DNA of 64,000 bases from an uncultured Planctomycetia bacterium. GTDB lineage: Bacteria; Omnitrophota; Gorgyraeia; Tantalellales; Tantalellaceae. The stretch spans positions 10,063 to 74,062 of the forward strand of contig CAYQUS010000005.1 of the NCBI GenBank assembly GCA_964421015.1. The letters are read 5' to 3'. The notes under the pieces were generated by a model, which was not told the origin of the DNA, did not search any database, and was given only the letters and a program-made list of their open reading frames with translations. Below, in pieces: positions 35,979-44,547 of this stretch (its first letter is position 1; every line of letters starts with the position of its first letter). The position numbers and the translations under genes are program-made.

Positions 35979-36461
35979 ATGGCTAAAAGGTTTTCGGCTT
36001 GCGAGATAATAGAAATAGGGATACAGATAGAGGAGAACGGCAGGGACTTTTACAAAAGTCTCGCGGCTGTGGCGCGGGGAACAAAGGCTGAAAAGGTCCT
36101 GCTGGGCCTGGCCTCGGCCGAAGAAGATCACATAAAGGTGTTCAGGGAGGTCTTTACAGGTTCATGCGCGTATGATCCCGAGGGAGCTTACCCGGAAGAG
36201 TACTTTTCCTACATGAACAGTCTCGCTTCAGAATATGTTTTTACGAGGAAGGGAGCGGGGGAGAAGGCTGCTTCGGGGTTAACGACCTACGAGCAGGGGC
36301 TGGATCTGGGTATATCTTTCGAGAAAGACTCCATCCTTTTCTACGAGGAAATGAAAAAGTTCGTGGCTGCCTCGGAAAGACGAAAAATAGACATCCTTAT
36401 AGAGAACGAGAAAAAACATCTCAGCCAGCTTGTACAGATGAAGGAGGACGCTAAAAAATGA
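35979..36461 (+). CDS. Ferritin-like/rubrerythrin-family diiron protein (no rubredoxin domain)
   Basis: Ferritin-like helix pattern with EED/H motifs (EEDHIKVF...EKKHL). Confidence 0.55.
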   Translation: MAKRFSACEIIEIGIQIEENGRDFYKSLAAVARGTKAEKVLLGLASAEEDHIKVFREVFTGSCAYDPEGAYPEEYFSYMNSLASEYVFTRKGAGEKAASGLTTYEQGLDLGISFEKDSILFYEEMKKFVAASERRKIDILIENEKKHLSQLVQMKEDAKK

Positions 36462-36691
36462 AGAATGTGATAATCTATTCTACACCTACATGCCCATACT
36501 GCATAAAGGCCAAGAAATTCCTCGAGGAAAAGGGAATTGAGTATGACGAAAAGGACGTTTCCTCGGATACGGAAGCGGCCGACGAAGCGGTAGAAAAATC
36601 CGGGCAGATGGGCGTGCCTGTCCTGGATATAGAAGGGGAGATAATAGTAGGGTTCGACAGGGCCGCGATATCAGAGGCTCTGGGAATATAG
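36458..36691 (+). CDS. grx: Glutaredoxin
   Basis: CPYC active site and thioredoxin-fold length (77 aa). Confidence 0.85.
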   Translation: MKNVIIYSTPTCPYCIKAKKFLEEKGIEYDEKDVSSDTEAADEAVEKSGQMGVPVLDIEGEIIVGFDRAAISEALGI

Positions 36692-36706
36692 GGAGCCGCG
36701 CATCAG

Positions 36707-37627
36707 GTGGATACACTGTATGATCTCATAATAGCCGGGGCCGGGCCTGCCGGAATAACAGCCAGCGTGTATGCCGCGCGAAAAAGGATGTCGCTCAGTG
36801 TGCTTACCGGTGACATAGGGGGGCAGACGGTATGGAGCGGTGATATAGAGAACTATACCGGCTATCAGTTCATAAGCGGGGTGGATCTCGCCGGTAAATT
36901 AGAGGAACATATAAAGCAGTATTCCATAGAGGTCAGGGAGGGTGAAACCGTAACCGAGGTGCGTAAAGAGGGCAGCAAAATACATACTTTTACTTCAAAG
37001 GGGGAGTATGTATCCAAAACCCTTATAATCGCTTCCGGTAAAAGGTCCAGGGAGCTCGGTGTCCCGGGGGAAAAGGAATTCAGATCAAGGGGACTTGCGT
37101 ATTGCGCCACATGCGACGGTCCCCTTTTTGCCGGCAAGGACGTAGCCGTGATAGGAGGGGGTAACTCCGCTCTGGAAGCGGCAATGCAGCTTATCAGGAT
37201 AGCAAAAAAAGTTTACATCGTTAATCTCGCGGAAACCCTTACCGGAGACGCCATACTTATAGAAAAGATCGAGCGATCGGGTCTTGTAACGCTGATCAAT
37301 GGCGCCAGCGTAACGGCTGTCAAAGGCGGAAGATTCGTGGAGTCCATAGATATCGCCGGGCGCGGCAGAACGGAAACACTTTCGGTACAAGGTGTTTTTG
37401 TGGAGATAGGCCTTATCCCTAATACCGATTTTAAAAGCGATATTGAGCTTAACTCCAAGGGGGAGATAAAGGTAGACAGCGGTAACCGGACAAACATACC
37501 AGGGATATTCGCCGCCGGGGATGTTACGGATGTTCCCGAAAAGCAGATCATAATAGCCGCCGGAGAGGGCGCGAAAGCGGCTCTGAGCGCGTTCAACCAC
37601 ATAGCAAGGTCGAAGGAATGGCAGTAA
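36707..37627 (+). CDS. trxB: Thioredoxin reductase
   Basis: GAGPAG FAD motif, CATC redox-active disulfide, GGGNSA NADPH motif. Confidence 0.9.
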   Translation: MDTLYDLIIAGAGPAGITASVYAARKRMSLSVLTGDIGGQTVWSGDIENYTGYQFISGVDLAGKLEEHIKQYSIEVREGETVTEVRKEGSKIHTFTSKGEYVSKTLIIASGKRSRELGVPGEKEFRSRGLAYCATCDGPLFAGKDVAVIGGGNSALEAAMQLIRIAKKVYIVNLAETLTGDAILIEKIERSGLVTLINGASVTAVKGGRFVESIDIAGRGRTETLSVQGVFVEIGLIPNTDFKSDIELNSKGEIKVDSGNRTNIPGIFAAGDVTDVPEKQIIIAAGEGAKAALSAFNHIARSKEWQ

Positions 37628-38295
37628 AAAAAGAGGAGAAAAGCCCCGCGGGATCCGAATACAGTGTTTCCGCCCTCGTGAAAGAGCACTCAAAAAGGAA
37701 GACCGCCATAAGGCGGAGACTGGATGATTTCCGTAAAGTGTGGGGCCTCCCAGACAGGAAAATATTCGCGGAACTGTGTTTTTGCATATGTACCCCGCAG
37801 TCAAAAGCGGTTTACTGCGATGAGGCTGTAAGAGGCCTGGAAAGAAGCGGTGTTCTTTTTACTGGAGAAGAGAATGATATCCGCCGGGGCCTGGTAAGAG
37901 TGAGGTTTCCCAATAATAAATCCAGGTTCATAAGGGAAGCGAGAGATACGTTTACTTCTCGCGGGCGTATAGAGATAAAAAAACACATAGATGTTGCCGA
38001 CATAACAGGTACGAGAGAACGGCTTGTGAATAAAGTAAAGGGTATAGGCTATAAGGAAGCCAGCCACTTTCTGAGGAATATAGGGCACGGGTCCGATATA
38101 GCTATACTTGACGTTCACATTATAAAGAACATGATAAGGTACGGCCTTATCGAAGATAAACCATCGTGCATATCGAGGGGATGTTATATGGATATGGAAG
38201 AAAAACTCCGAGCTTTTTCCAAAAAAACCGCCATCCCCATGGATGAGATGGACATTCTTTTCTGGTCCATGGAAACGGGGGTAATATTCAAATAA
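37618..38295 (+). CDS. ogg: 8-oxoguanine DNA glycosylase/AP lyase, Ogg2-type (HhH-GPD)
   Basis: FAELCFCICTPQS resembles Ogg2 FEELVFCILTANSS, and GIGYKEASHFLRNIGH...ILDVHI resembles the HhH-GPD motif. Confidence 0.65.
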   Translation: MAVKKEEKSPAGSEYSVSALVKEHSKRKTAIRRRLDDFRKVWGLPDRKIFAELCFCICTPQSKAVYCDEAVRGLERSGVLFTGEENDIRRGLVRVRFPNNKSRFIREARDTFTSRGRIEIKKHIDVADITGTRERLVNKVKGIGYKEASHFLRNIGHGSDIAILDVHIIKNMIRYGLIEDKPSCISRGCYMDMEEKLRAFSKKTAIPMDEMDILFWSMETGVIFK

Positions 38296-38313
38296 CTACC
38301 CGGAGGGGGCAAG

Positions 38314-39369
38314 GTGACGGACGTTCTTATCGGGATATTCAGGGCGGCGTATGACCTTTTCGGCAGTATGGCGCCGTATCTTCTTTTTGGGTATTTCTTC
38401 GCCGGGATCTTGCACGTTTTTATACGACCGGGGGCCATTTCGGCGCATCTGGGAACAAACAGCTCGGCTTCGGTGATAAAGGCCGCGTTATTCGGGGTTC
38501 CTCTGCCTCTTTGCTCCTGCGCCGTTATTCCCGCCGCTCTTTCTCTGAGAAAGGAGGGGGCCTCTAAGGGCGCGGTACTGTCATTCCTTATATCCACCCC
38601 TACCACAGGGATAGATTCCATACTTGCCACATATTCCCTTTTGGGCTTATTTTTTACTGTTTACAGAGTAGCAGCTTCTTTTATAACAGGGGTCTTATCC
38701 GGTTTTCTGGCCAACATAATGCTGCCCGACGTAAAGGACGCGCCTTCTGCCGATGTATGTTCCCGGTGTCACAGCGATAGAGAAATGCCTTCGGAGGGGG
38801 TCTACGGACGTATCCGGAGAGTTTTTACTTACGCTTATGGGGATCTTCTAAAGGATAGCGGCCCGTCCTTAATTGTAGGTATATTGCTGGCGGGCGTTAT
38901 AACTTTTCTGATCCCGCCGGAGATCGTGGAGACGCACCTGGGTTACGGCATAGCGCCGATGCTGATAATGCTCGCGGTAGGACTGCCTATGTATGTGTGC
39001 GCCACGGCTTCTATACCCATAGCCGCGGCTCTCATGATGAAGGGACTTTCTCCCGGAGCGGCCTTTGTTTTTCTTGTCGCCGGTCCGGCGACAAATATGC
39101 TTACGATGTCGGTGGTCGCTAAAAGCCTGGGTAAAAGAGCTCTTTTTATATACCTTTTTTCTATAACGGTCTCAAGTATAGGTATGGGAACGATACTTAA
39201 CTATTTCTGGAAAGGACTGGACCTGAACTACGGGATCTCCCATATCCATCAGCAGAAAGAAATGATACCGGAATGGGCGGTACTTATTTCCAGCGTAACG
39301 CTCGGGATCCTTATCTTCAGCGACGTTTTATTGCTTTTTAGGCGGAAATACTTATCCTCAAAGAACTGA
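38314..39369 (+). CDS. Predicted permease (COG0701/DUF318-type, CxC motifs)
   Basis: Multi-TM hydrophobic profile with a CSCAVIP motif typical of this permease family. Confidence 0.6.
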   Translation: MTDVLIGIFRAAYDLFGSMAPYLLFGYFFAGILHVFIRPGAISAHLGTNSSASVIKAALFGVPLPLCSCAVIPAALSLRKEGASKGAVLSFLISTPTTGIDSILATYSLLGLFFTVYRVAASFITGVLSGFLANIMLPDVKDAPSADVCSRCHSDREMPSEGVYGRIRRVFTYAYGDLLKDSGPSLIVGILLAGVITFLIPPEIVETHLGYGIAPMLIMLAVGLPMYVCATASIPIAAALMMKGLSPGAAFVFLVAGPATNMLTMSVVAKSLGKRALFIYLFSITVSSIGMGTILNYFWKGLDLNYGISHIHQQKEMIPEWAVLISSVTLGILIFSDVLLLFRRKYLSSKN

Positions 39370-39380
39370 AAGGAGTCAGC

Positions 39381-40109
39381 ATGCAGGATATAACCCTGGG
39401 AGTGGCGTTCATCGCCGGCATTCTCTCTTTTCTCTCTCCGTGTGTTCTGCCACTTGTGCCGGGGTACATATCTTTTGTTTCGGGAGTTTCATTCGAGGAG
39501 CTCAAAGACCGTTCAGGCGGAAGCAAAGTCATGTGGCGTTCTGTCATGATGTCGGTATTCTTCGTCACGGGGTTTTCGATAGTTTTTATACTTATGGGGG
39601 CGACGGCCACGTCTTTGGGGCAGGCGCTGGCGAGGTATATCCACGTTTTTACGCGCGTGGCCGGGGTAGTGGTCGTGGCGCTCGGCCTTCATCTTTCTGG
39701 AATACTGAGGATTAGCTTCCTCGAATATCAGAAAAAGATAGATGTGTCTCCCTCTAAGAAAGGGGCTTTTGGCGCTCTTTTGGTAGGATTTGCTTTCGCC
39801 TTCGGTTGGACACCGTGTATAGGACCCCTTCTCGGCGGAATACTTGCCGTAGCGGCTACGGAAAGCACCGTGACAAGGGGAATAACCCTTCTTTCGGCGT
39901 ATTCGCTGGGGCTTGCGATACCGTTCGTCGCCACGGCTTTTGCAATAAGTTCCTTTATGAAGTTCATGCAGAAATACAGAAGTTTCATCAAGTGGGGGGA
40001 AGTGACAGCAGGGGTTTTTCTTATAGCGGTGGGGGTGCTGATATTTTTCGACAAATTAGGTGTCTTGGCCTACGCCTTGCAGGATCTTTTGCAGTTGGAC
40101 AAGGTTTAG
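39381..40109 (+). CDS. ccdA: Cytochrome c-type biogenesis/thiol-disulfide transporter CcdA (DsbD core)
   Basis: LSPCVLPLVPGY and TPCIGP motifs. Confidence 0.85.
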   Translation: MQDITLGVAFIAGILSFLSPCVLPLVPGYISFVSGVSFEELKDRSGGSKVMWRSVMMSVFFVTGFSIVFILMGATATSLGQALARYIHVFTRVAGVVVVALGLHLSGILRISFLEYQKKIDVSPSKKGAFGALLVGFAFAFGWTPCIGPLLGGILAVAATESTVTRGITLLSAYSLGLAIPFVATAFAISSFMKFMQKYRSFIKWGEVTAGVFLIAVGVLIFFDKLGVLAYALQDLLQLDKV

Positions 40110-40132
40110 GTTTTAAAACAAGGAGGTCATAC

Positions 40133-40660
40133 GTGCGCTCATTATTGCAAAGGTCTGTGCTGGGTTCGGTGTTACTGGCGGTATCTTTGTTCGCTCTGGC
40201 ATCGTGCGGAAACACAACCTCGGCCAAAGGGTCTCTCGGCCCGGCGGCGGATTTTACTTTGAAGGACGAAACAGGCGAGGACTACAATTTTTCGGAAAAC
40301 ACCGAAGGCAAGGTGGTCATCCTGAACTTCTGGGCCAAAAGATGTCCGGCTTGCAAGGTCGAGATCCCGAATCTGGTCGAGATATACGGCGAATACGCCG
40401 ATTCCGGTCTTGAGGTGATAGGAGTGGATGTGGACGCAAGCGGAGTGGCCGCGATGAAGGCCGCCAGCTCCCAGTACGGGATAGATTATCCGCTACTCAG
40501 CGGAACTTCAAGAGAGATAGGGCGGATCGTATCGAGCTATGGTTCTTTCAGGTTCATACCGACCACCTACATAATAGACAGGGAAGGCAATATTACGGAA
40601 AAACTCAGCGGTCCAAAAGGAAAAGCTTACCTGGAGGGCGCGGTAAAGAAGCTGTTATGA
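40133..40660 (+). CDS. TlpA/ResA-like thioredoxin-fold thiol-disulfide oxidoreductase lipoprotein
   Basis: GTG start 8 nt after an AGGAGG RBS. Lipobox LASCG, then WAKRCPAC (CxxC). The track ORF at 39806 overlaps ccdA and has no in-frame Met. Confidence 0.7.
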   Translation: MRSLLQRSVLGSVLLAVSLFALASCGNTTSAKGSLGPAADFTLKDETGEDYNFSENTEGKVVILNFWAKRCPACKVEIPNLVEIYGEYADSGLEVIGVDVDASGVAAMKAASSQYGIDYPLLSGTSREIGRIVSSYGSFRFIPTTYIIDREGNITEKLSGPKGKAYLEGAVKKLL

Positions 40661-41562
40661 CACGCATCGCCACGCTGTTCAAGCTTACACGGATCAATTT
40701 CGTTCCCGCGAGCGTTCTGGCTTTTTTTATGGGTTCGGCGCTGGCTTTCAGAGAGGGGTATGCCGTGTCCCCTTCAAGGTTCTTCGCGGCCATGATTGGC
40801 GTAGCCGCGGGGCATCTGGCGGCGAATACGTTGAACAACTATTGCGATCATGCATCGGGAGCGGATTCCCTTGAAACCCAAACGACGCCTTTTTTCGGTG
40901 GTACTAAGGTCATCTGTTCCGAGGAGGCGTCGCCGGCTGCGGCTCTTTTAACGGCGGCTATTCTGGTCTTTATGGCTTTTATTTCGGTCTGGGCCGTTTT
41001 CGTCATGACCGCCGACGCGGTCTTTATAATTCTTGCCGTCACGGCGGCTTTTTTAGGCGCAGAGTATACGGCCCGGCCGCTTCGATTCTCCTACAGAGGA
41101 ATGGGAGAGGCTGTTATATTTTTTCTTTTCGGCCCCATGCTGGTGTCTGGAAGTTTTTACCTTTTTTCGGGTTTTTTCTCTATCGGGAGTTTCCTGCTGT
41201 CTCTTGTTCCCGGGGGGCTTATTTTCAGCGTTATTGTGCTGAACGAAATACCCGACGCGGATACCGACAAAAAGGCCGGAAAGAACAATCTTGTTGTTAT
41301 CGCCGGAAAAGAGCTCGCTGTTTTCTTTTATGTCTCCGGCGCCGTGGTGTCGGCGCTTTCTCTGGCGGTATCTGTTCTTAAAGGTATTCTTCCGCCTTTT
41401 GCCATGGCCATTCTTTTGCCGTACGCCGCTATTTTCGCGGTATTCGCAAAAATGTCGGAGCGTATTCCGGGGGCTGAGGGAATGTCTCGTTTCTCTGGAA
41501 TAACCGTGGCCACACACGCTCTTGTGACATTGCTCGTGACCGCGGTTTTAATTGTATCCTAG
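40657..41562 (+). CDS. UbiA-family prenyltransferase (MenA-like)
   Basis: Polytopic membrane protein with NNYCDHASGAD (NDxxDxxxD) and a second D-rich motif (EIPDADTD). Confidence 0.7.
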   Translation: MTRIATLFKLTRINFVPASVLAFFMGSALAFREGYAVSPSRFFAAMIGVAAGHLAANTLNNYCDHASGADSLETQTTPFFGGTKVICSEEASPAAALLTAAILVFMAFISVWAVFVMTADAVFIILAVTAAFLGAEYTARPLRFSYRGMGEAVIFFLFGPMLVSGSFYLFSGFFSIGSFLLSLVPGGLIFSVIVLNEIPDADTDKKAGKNNLVVIAGKELAVFFYVSGAVVSALSLAVSVLKGILPPFAMAILLPYAAIFAVFAKMSERIPGAEGMSRFSGITVATHALVTLLVTAVLIVS

Positions 41563-41583
41563 CTGTCTTTTCCCGGAGGGATA

Positions 41584-42750
41584 ATGGCGAAAAAGAAAAT
41601 CATCATAGCCGGGTGCGGCTTTGCCGGTTCCAACGCACTGAAACGTTTTGGAAAACTCAGAAAACTGTGGTCCAGGGATTTTGAAGTTTTAGTTTTTGAC
41701 CCCAAGGAAAACCTGGAATTTCTGCCGATGCTTCCGGATGTCCTGAGCGGTAAGGTATCTCCCGGAGCGATAAGCTATCCCATAAAAGAGCTTTGCCGAA
41801 AATACGGATGCGTTTTTGTGAGGTCCGCTGTTACATCAATAGATCCGGTTTCGAGAAAGGTGTGCTCGGGCGAAGGCGTTTTTGAGTACGAGTATCTTCT
41901 TTTGTCGCCGGGGTCACAGACGAATTTTTACGGCAACGAAAAGATGGAAAAGGCCTGTTTCAAAATGGACTCTGTGTCCGACGCCTTGTCGGTCAGAAAA
42001 GAAATACTTTCAAGATCTTCTTCAGGCAGGGAGGTCAGGGTCCTGGTGATAGGAGGAGGATACACAGGGATAGAAACCGCCTCCGCTTGTGTTTCTCTTT
42101 TAAAGAAGACGGGAACAAGGCATAAAGTGATGATATCCGAAATGTCGCGTGATATTCTTCCGTCTCTTCCGGAATGGATAAGAGTATTCGCGCGGGGGGA
42201 ACTTGAAAAAATGTCTGTCGAAGTATTTCCGGAGGAGTCCCTTAAGGATATCATTTCAGGGAAGGCCATAATGGCTTCCGGCAGAGAGATCGATGATGTT
42301 ATGCCAGTATGGACGGCCGGGGTAAGAACGCCAATGTTCCTGGAAAGTTTCAGTTCTCCGAAGTTCCGTACGAGGTTGAACGTAGACAGTAAGATGTGCC
42401 TTGAGACCTTTTCAGAAGGTAAGATCTTCGCCTCCGGCGACGCCGCGGCTTTTTACCCGTATCCGGGAGGCGAACCCGCGCGGATGTCGGTCGTCTCGGC
42501 GATAAATCAGGGAAAGGCCGCGGCTGAAGGCATATTAAGACTTGCCGCTTCGAGGCCCGCTCCGGCCTACAGGCATTACGATCCCGGATATGTTGTTCCG
42601 TTTTATAACGGAAAAGCCCCGGGTATGTCGATGGGCATGAAAATTCCGCCTGTTATCGGTTATTTTCTGCACTACTTTATGTGTGTTTACAGAGCGCCTT
42701 TTCGTGGGAAAATAAGGATAATTAGGGACATTATTTCAAAGAGGAGGTAA
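41584..42750 (+). CDS. NDH-2-like FAD-dependent pyridine nucleotide-disulfide oxidoreductase
   Basis: IIIAGCGFAG and VLVIGGGYTGIE Rossmann motifs. Confidence 0.6.
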   Translation: MAKKKIIIAGCGFAGSNALKRFGKLRKLWSRDFEVLVFDPKENLEFLPMLPDVLSGKVSPGAISYPIKELCRKYGCVFVRSAVTSIDPVSRKVCSGEGVFEYEYLLLSPGSQTNFYGNEKMEKACFKMDSVSDALSVRKEILSRSSSGREVRVLVIGGGYTGIETASACVSLLKKTGTRHKVMISEMSRDILPSLPEWIRVFARGELEKMSVEVFPEESLKDIISGKAIMASGREIDDVMPVWTAGVRTPMFLESFSSPKFRTRLNVDSKMCLETFSEGKIFASGDAAAFYPYPGGEPARMSVVSAINQGKAAAEGILRLAASRPAPAYRHYDPGYVVPFYNGKAPGMSMGMKIPPVIGYFLHYFMCVYRAPFRGKIRIIRDIISKRR

Positions 42751-42752
42751 TT

Positions 42753-43163
42753 ATGAACAGTGAAAGATCGATCGATACGGCTTTAATGATCATTCGTTTG
42801 ACTTTAGGGGGGATAATGGCCGCCCACGGGGCGCAGAAGGTATTAGGAGTTTTCGGAGGAAGCGGTATAGAACCCTTCGCCGGCATGATAAAGGCGATGG
42901 GATTTACCCCGCCGCTTGTTTGGGCATGGGCGGCGGCTTTAAGCGAACTTGCCGGAGGCATACTGTTGGCTCTTGGAATAATACCGCGTTTCAGCGCCGC
43001 GATGATAGGGATTGTCATGGCTGTTGCCATAATTAAGGTGCACGGAGCCAACGGTTTTTTTATGATGAAAGGGGGCTACGAGTATCAGCTTCTCATTTTG
43101 GCGTCGTGCGTGGCTCTTGTTATTTCCGGAGCAGGTAAATATTCATTATTCAACAAGTTTTAA
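42753..43163 (+). CDS. DoxX-family membrane protein
   Basis: 136 aa, four predicted TM helices and a DoxX-like pattern. Confidence 0.7.
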   Translation: MNSERSIDTALMIIRLTLGGIMAAHGAQKVLGVFGGSGIEPFAGMIKAMGFTPPLVWAWAAALSELAGGILLALGIIPRFSAAMIGIVMAVAIIKVHGANGFFMMKGGYEYQLLILASCVALVISGAGKYSLFNKF

Positions 43164-43194
43164 GTTTTAATCGGAAAAGAGAGATATTTTTCTC

Positions 43195-43223
43195 TTGACA
43201 AATGATACTCGGGTGGTATCATT
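43195..43223 (+). promoter_or_regulatory. Promoter with a perfect palindromic operator upstream of the Rrf2 regulator
   Basis: TTGACA (43195-43200), a 17-nt spacer, then ATCATT. Palindrome AATGATAC-N6-GTATCATT overlaps the spacer and -10 element. Confidence 0.6.
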
Positions 43224-43239
43224 AATAAAAGGAAAAAAC

Positions 43240-43653
43240 ATGAAAACAATAACAAGGGACACCGACTACGCGATAAGGGCTCTAGCCTGCGTGGCTTCTT
43301 CTTCCGGAGGAATGGTAACGGTAAAGGAACTTTCAAAAAAACTGAATATACCCGGACCTTTTCTGAGGAAGATATTTCAGGCGCTGAATAAAGAGGGGAT
43401 CATGAAGTCCTTTAAGGGGAAGTCCGGCGGTTTTTCTCTGGCGGCTGACCCCGACGGCATAACGGTGTTGAGGCTCGTTGAGATCTTCCAGGGACCGTTC
43501 TGTCTCAGCGAGCATCTTTTTAAAGGAAAGATCTGTCCTTTGGTAAAAGTATGTTTTCTTAAGAAAAAACTGGACGATATAGAGAGGACTGTCAGTAAAG
43601 AGCTTAGTTCCATAACTATCGGGGAACTTGTGAGAAAAGGAAGGGTATCGTGA
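43240..43653 (+). CDS. Rrf2-family transcriptional regulator (NsrR/IscR-like)
   Basis: N-terminal wHTH MKTITRDTDYAIRALACVA...GGMVTVKELS. Starts at ATG 43240; the track ORF begins further upstream at 43195. Confidence 0.8.
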   Translation: MKTITRDTDYAIRALACVASSSGGMVTVKELSKKLNIPGPFLRKIFQALNKEGIMKSFKGKSGGFSLAADPDGITVLRLVEIFQGPFCLSEHLFKGKICPLVKVCFLKKKLDDIERTVSKELSSITIGELVRKGRVS

Positions 43654-44510
43654 CTAAACGTTCGATAATCACAATAGACGATAAAAAATGCGACGGATGC
43701 GCGTTATGCGTGCCTAACTGTCCGGAAGGCGCTATACAGATAATAGACGGTAAGGCCAGGCTTGTAAGCGACCTGTTTTGCGACGGTCTGGGGGCGTGCA
43801 TAGGGCACTGCCCTAAGGGAGCGATAAAGATAGAGGAGAGGGAAGCTGAGCCTTACGACGAGAAAAGGGTAATGGAAAATGTGTCTAAGCACGGCTCTAA
43901 TGTGATCAAGGCTCATCTTAAACACCTGAAAGATCACGGTGAAGAAGAGTATCTTAAAGAAGCTGTGGATTTCCTGAAAAAGAACAGGATACCTGTACCG
44001 GACTATGAAGGCTGCGGATGTAAGTCGGAAATGCCGGGTTTTAGTTCCTGTCCGGGGGCCAGGGTCATGGATACAAGGCCGGGTTCCGGTGATGCCTTGG
44101 CATCAGGGGATGAAACAGGCCAGAGAAAGTCGGAGCTTACACAGTGGCCCGTTGAACTTCACCTTGTGCCTCCCGGAGCATCTTTTTTTAAGGGGAGAGA
44201 TGTTCTTATTTCCGCTGACTGCGTGGCTTATGCCCTGGCAGATTTTCATAAAGACTACCTTAAGGGCAGGGCTTTGGCGATAGCGTGTCCCAAACTTGAT
44301 TCGGGACAGGAAGTGTATCTGGAAAAAATAAAGGATCTTATAGATAAGGCCGGGATAAAAACCCTGACGGTCATGACCATGGAGGTCCCATGCTGCATGG
44401 GACTTGTCTCTCTTGTCAGGAAAGCGGCAGAATCGGCGGAGAGAAAGGTCCCGATAGAACACATAACCGTCGGGATAAACGGGTCCGTGCTAAGCAGGAA
44501 AAAAGTTTAG
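43650..44510 (+). CDS. Ferredoxin-like protein with 2x[4Fe-4S] motifs and a Cys-rich C-terminal domain
   Basis: CDGCALCVPNCP and CDGLGACIGHCP motifs. C-terminal CPKLD...VPCCMG. Confidence 0.6.
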   Translation: MTKRSIITIDDKKCDGCALCVPNCPEGAIQIIDGKARLVSDLFCDGLGACIGHCPKGAIKIEEREAEPYDEKRVMENVSKHGSNVIKAHLKHLKDHGEEEYLKEAVDFLKKNRIPVPDYEGCGCKSEMPGFSSCPGARVMDTRPGSGDALASGDETGQRKSELTQWPVELHLVPPGASFFKGRDVLISADCVAYALADFHKDYLKGRALAIACPKLDSGQEVYLEKIKDLIDKAGIKTLTVMTMEVPCCMGLVSLVRKAAESAERKVPIEHITVGINGSVLSRKKV

Positions 44511-44547
44511 TTTATAGGAACAGGCGGTAAAATCCAAGGAGGGAAAC

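Noticed and set aside
39806-40660. 284-aa ORF overlapping ccdA
   Set aside because: The first 109 codons overlap ccdA in another frame and contain no Met. A GTG at 40133 with a perfect AGGAGG RBS gives a clean lipoprotein signal peptide, so only 40133-40660 was called.
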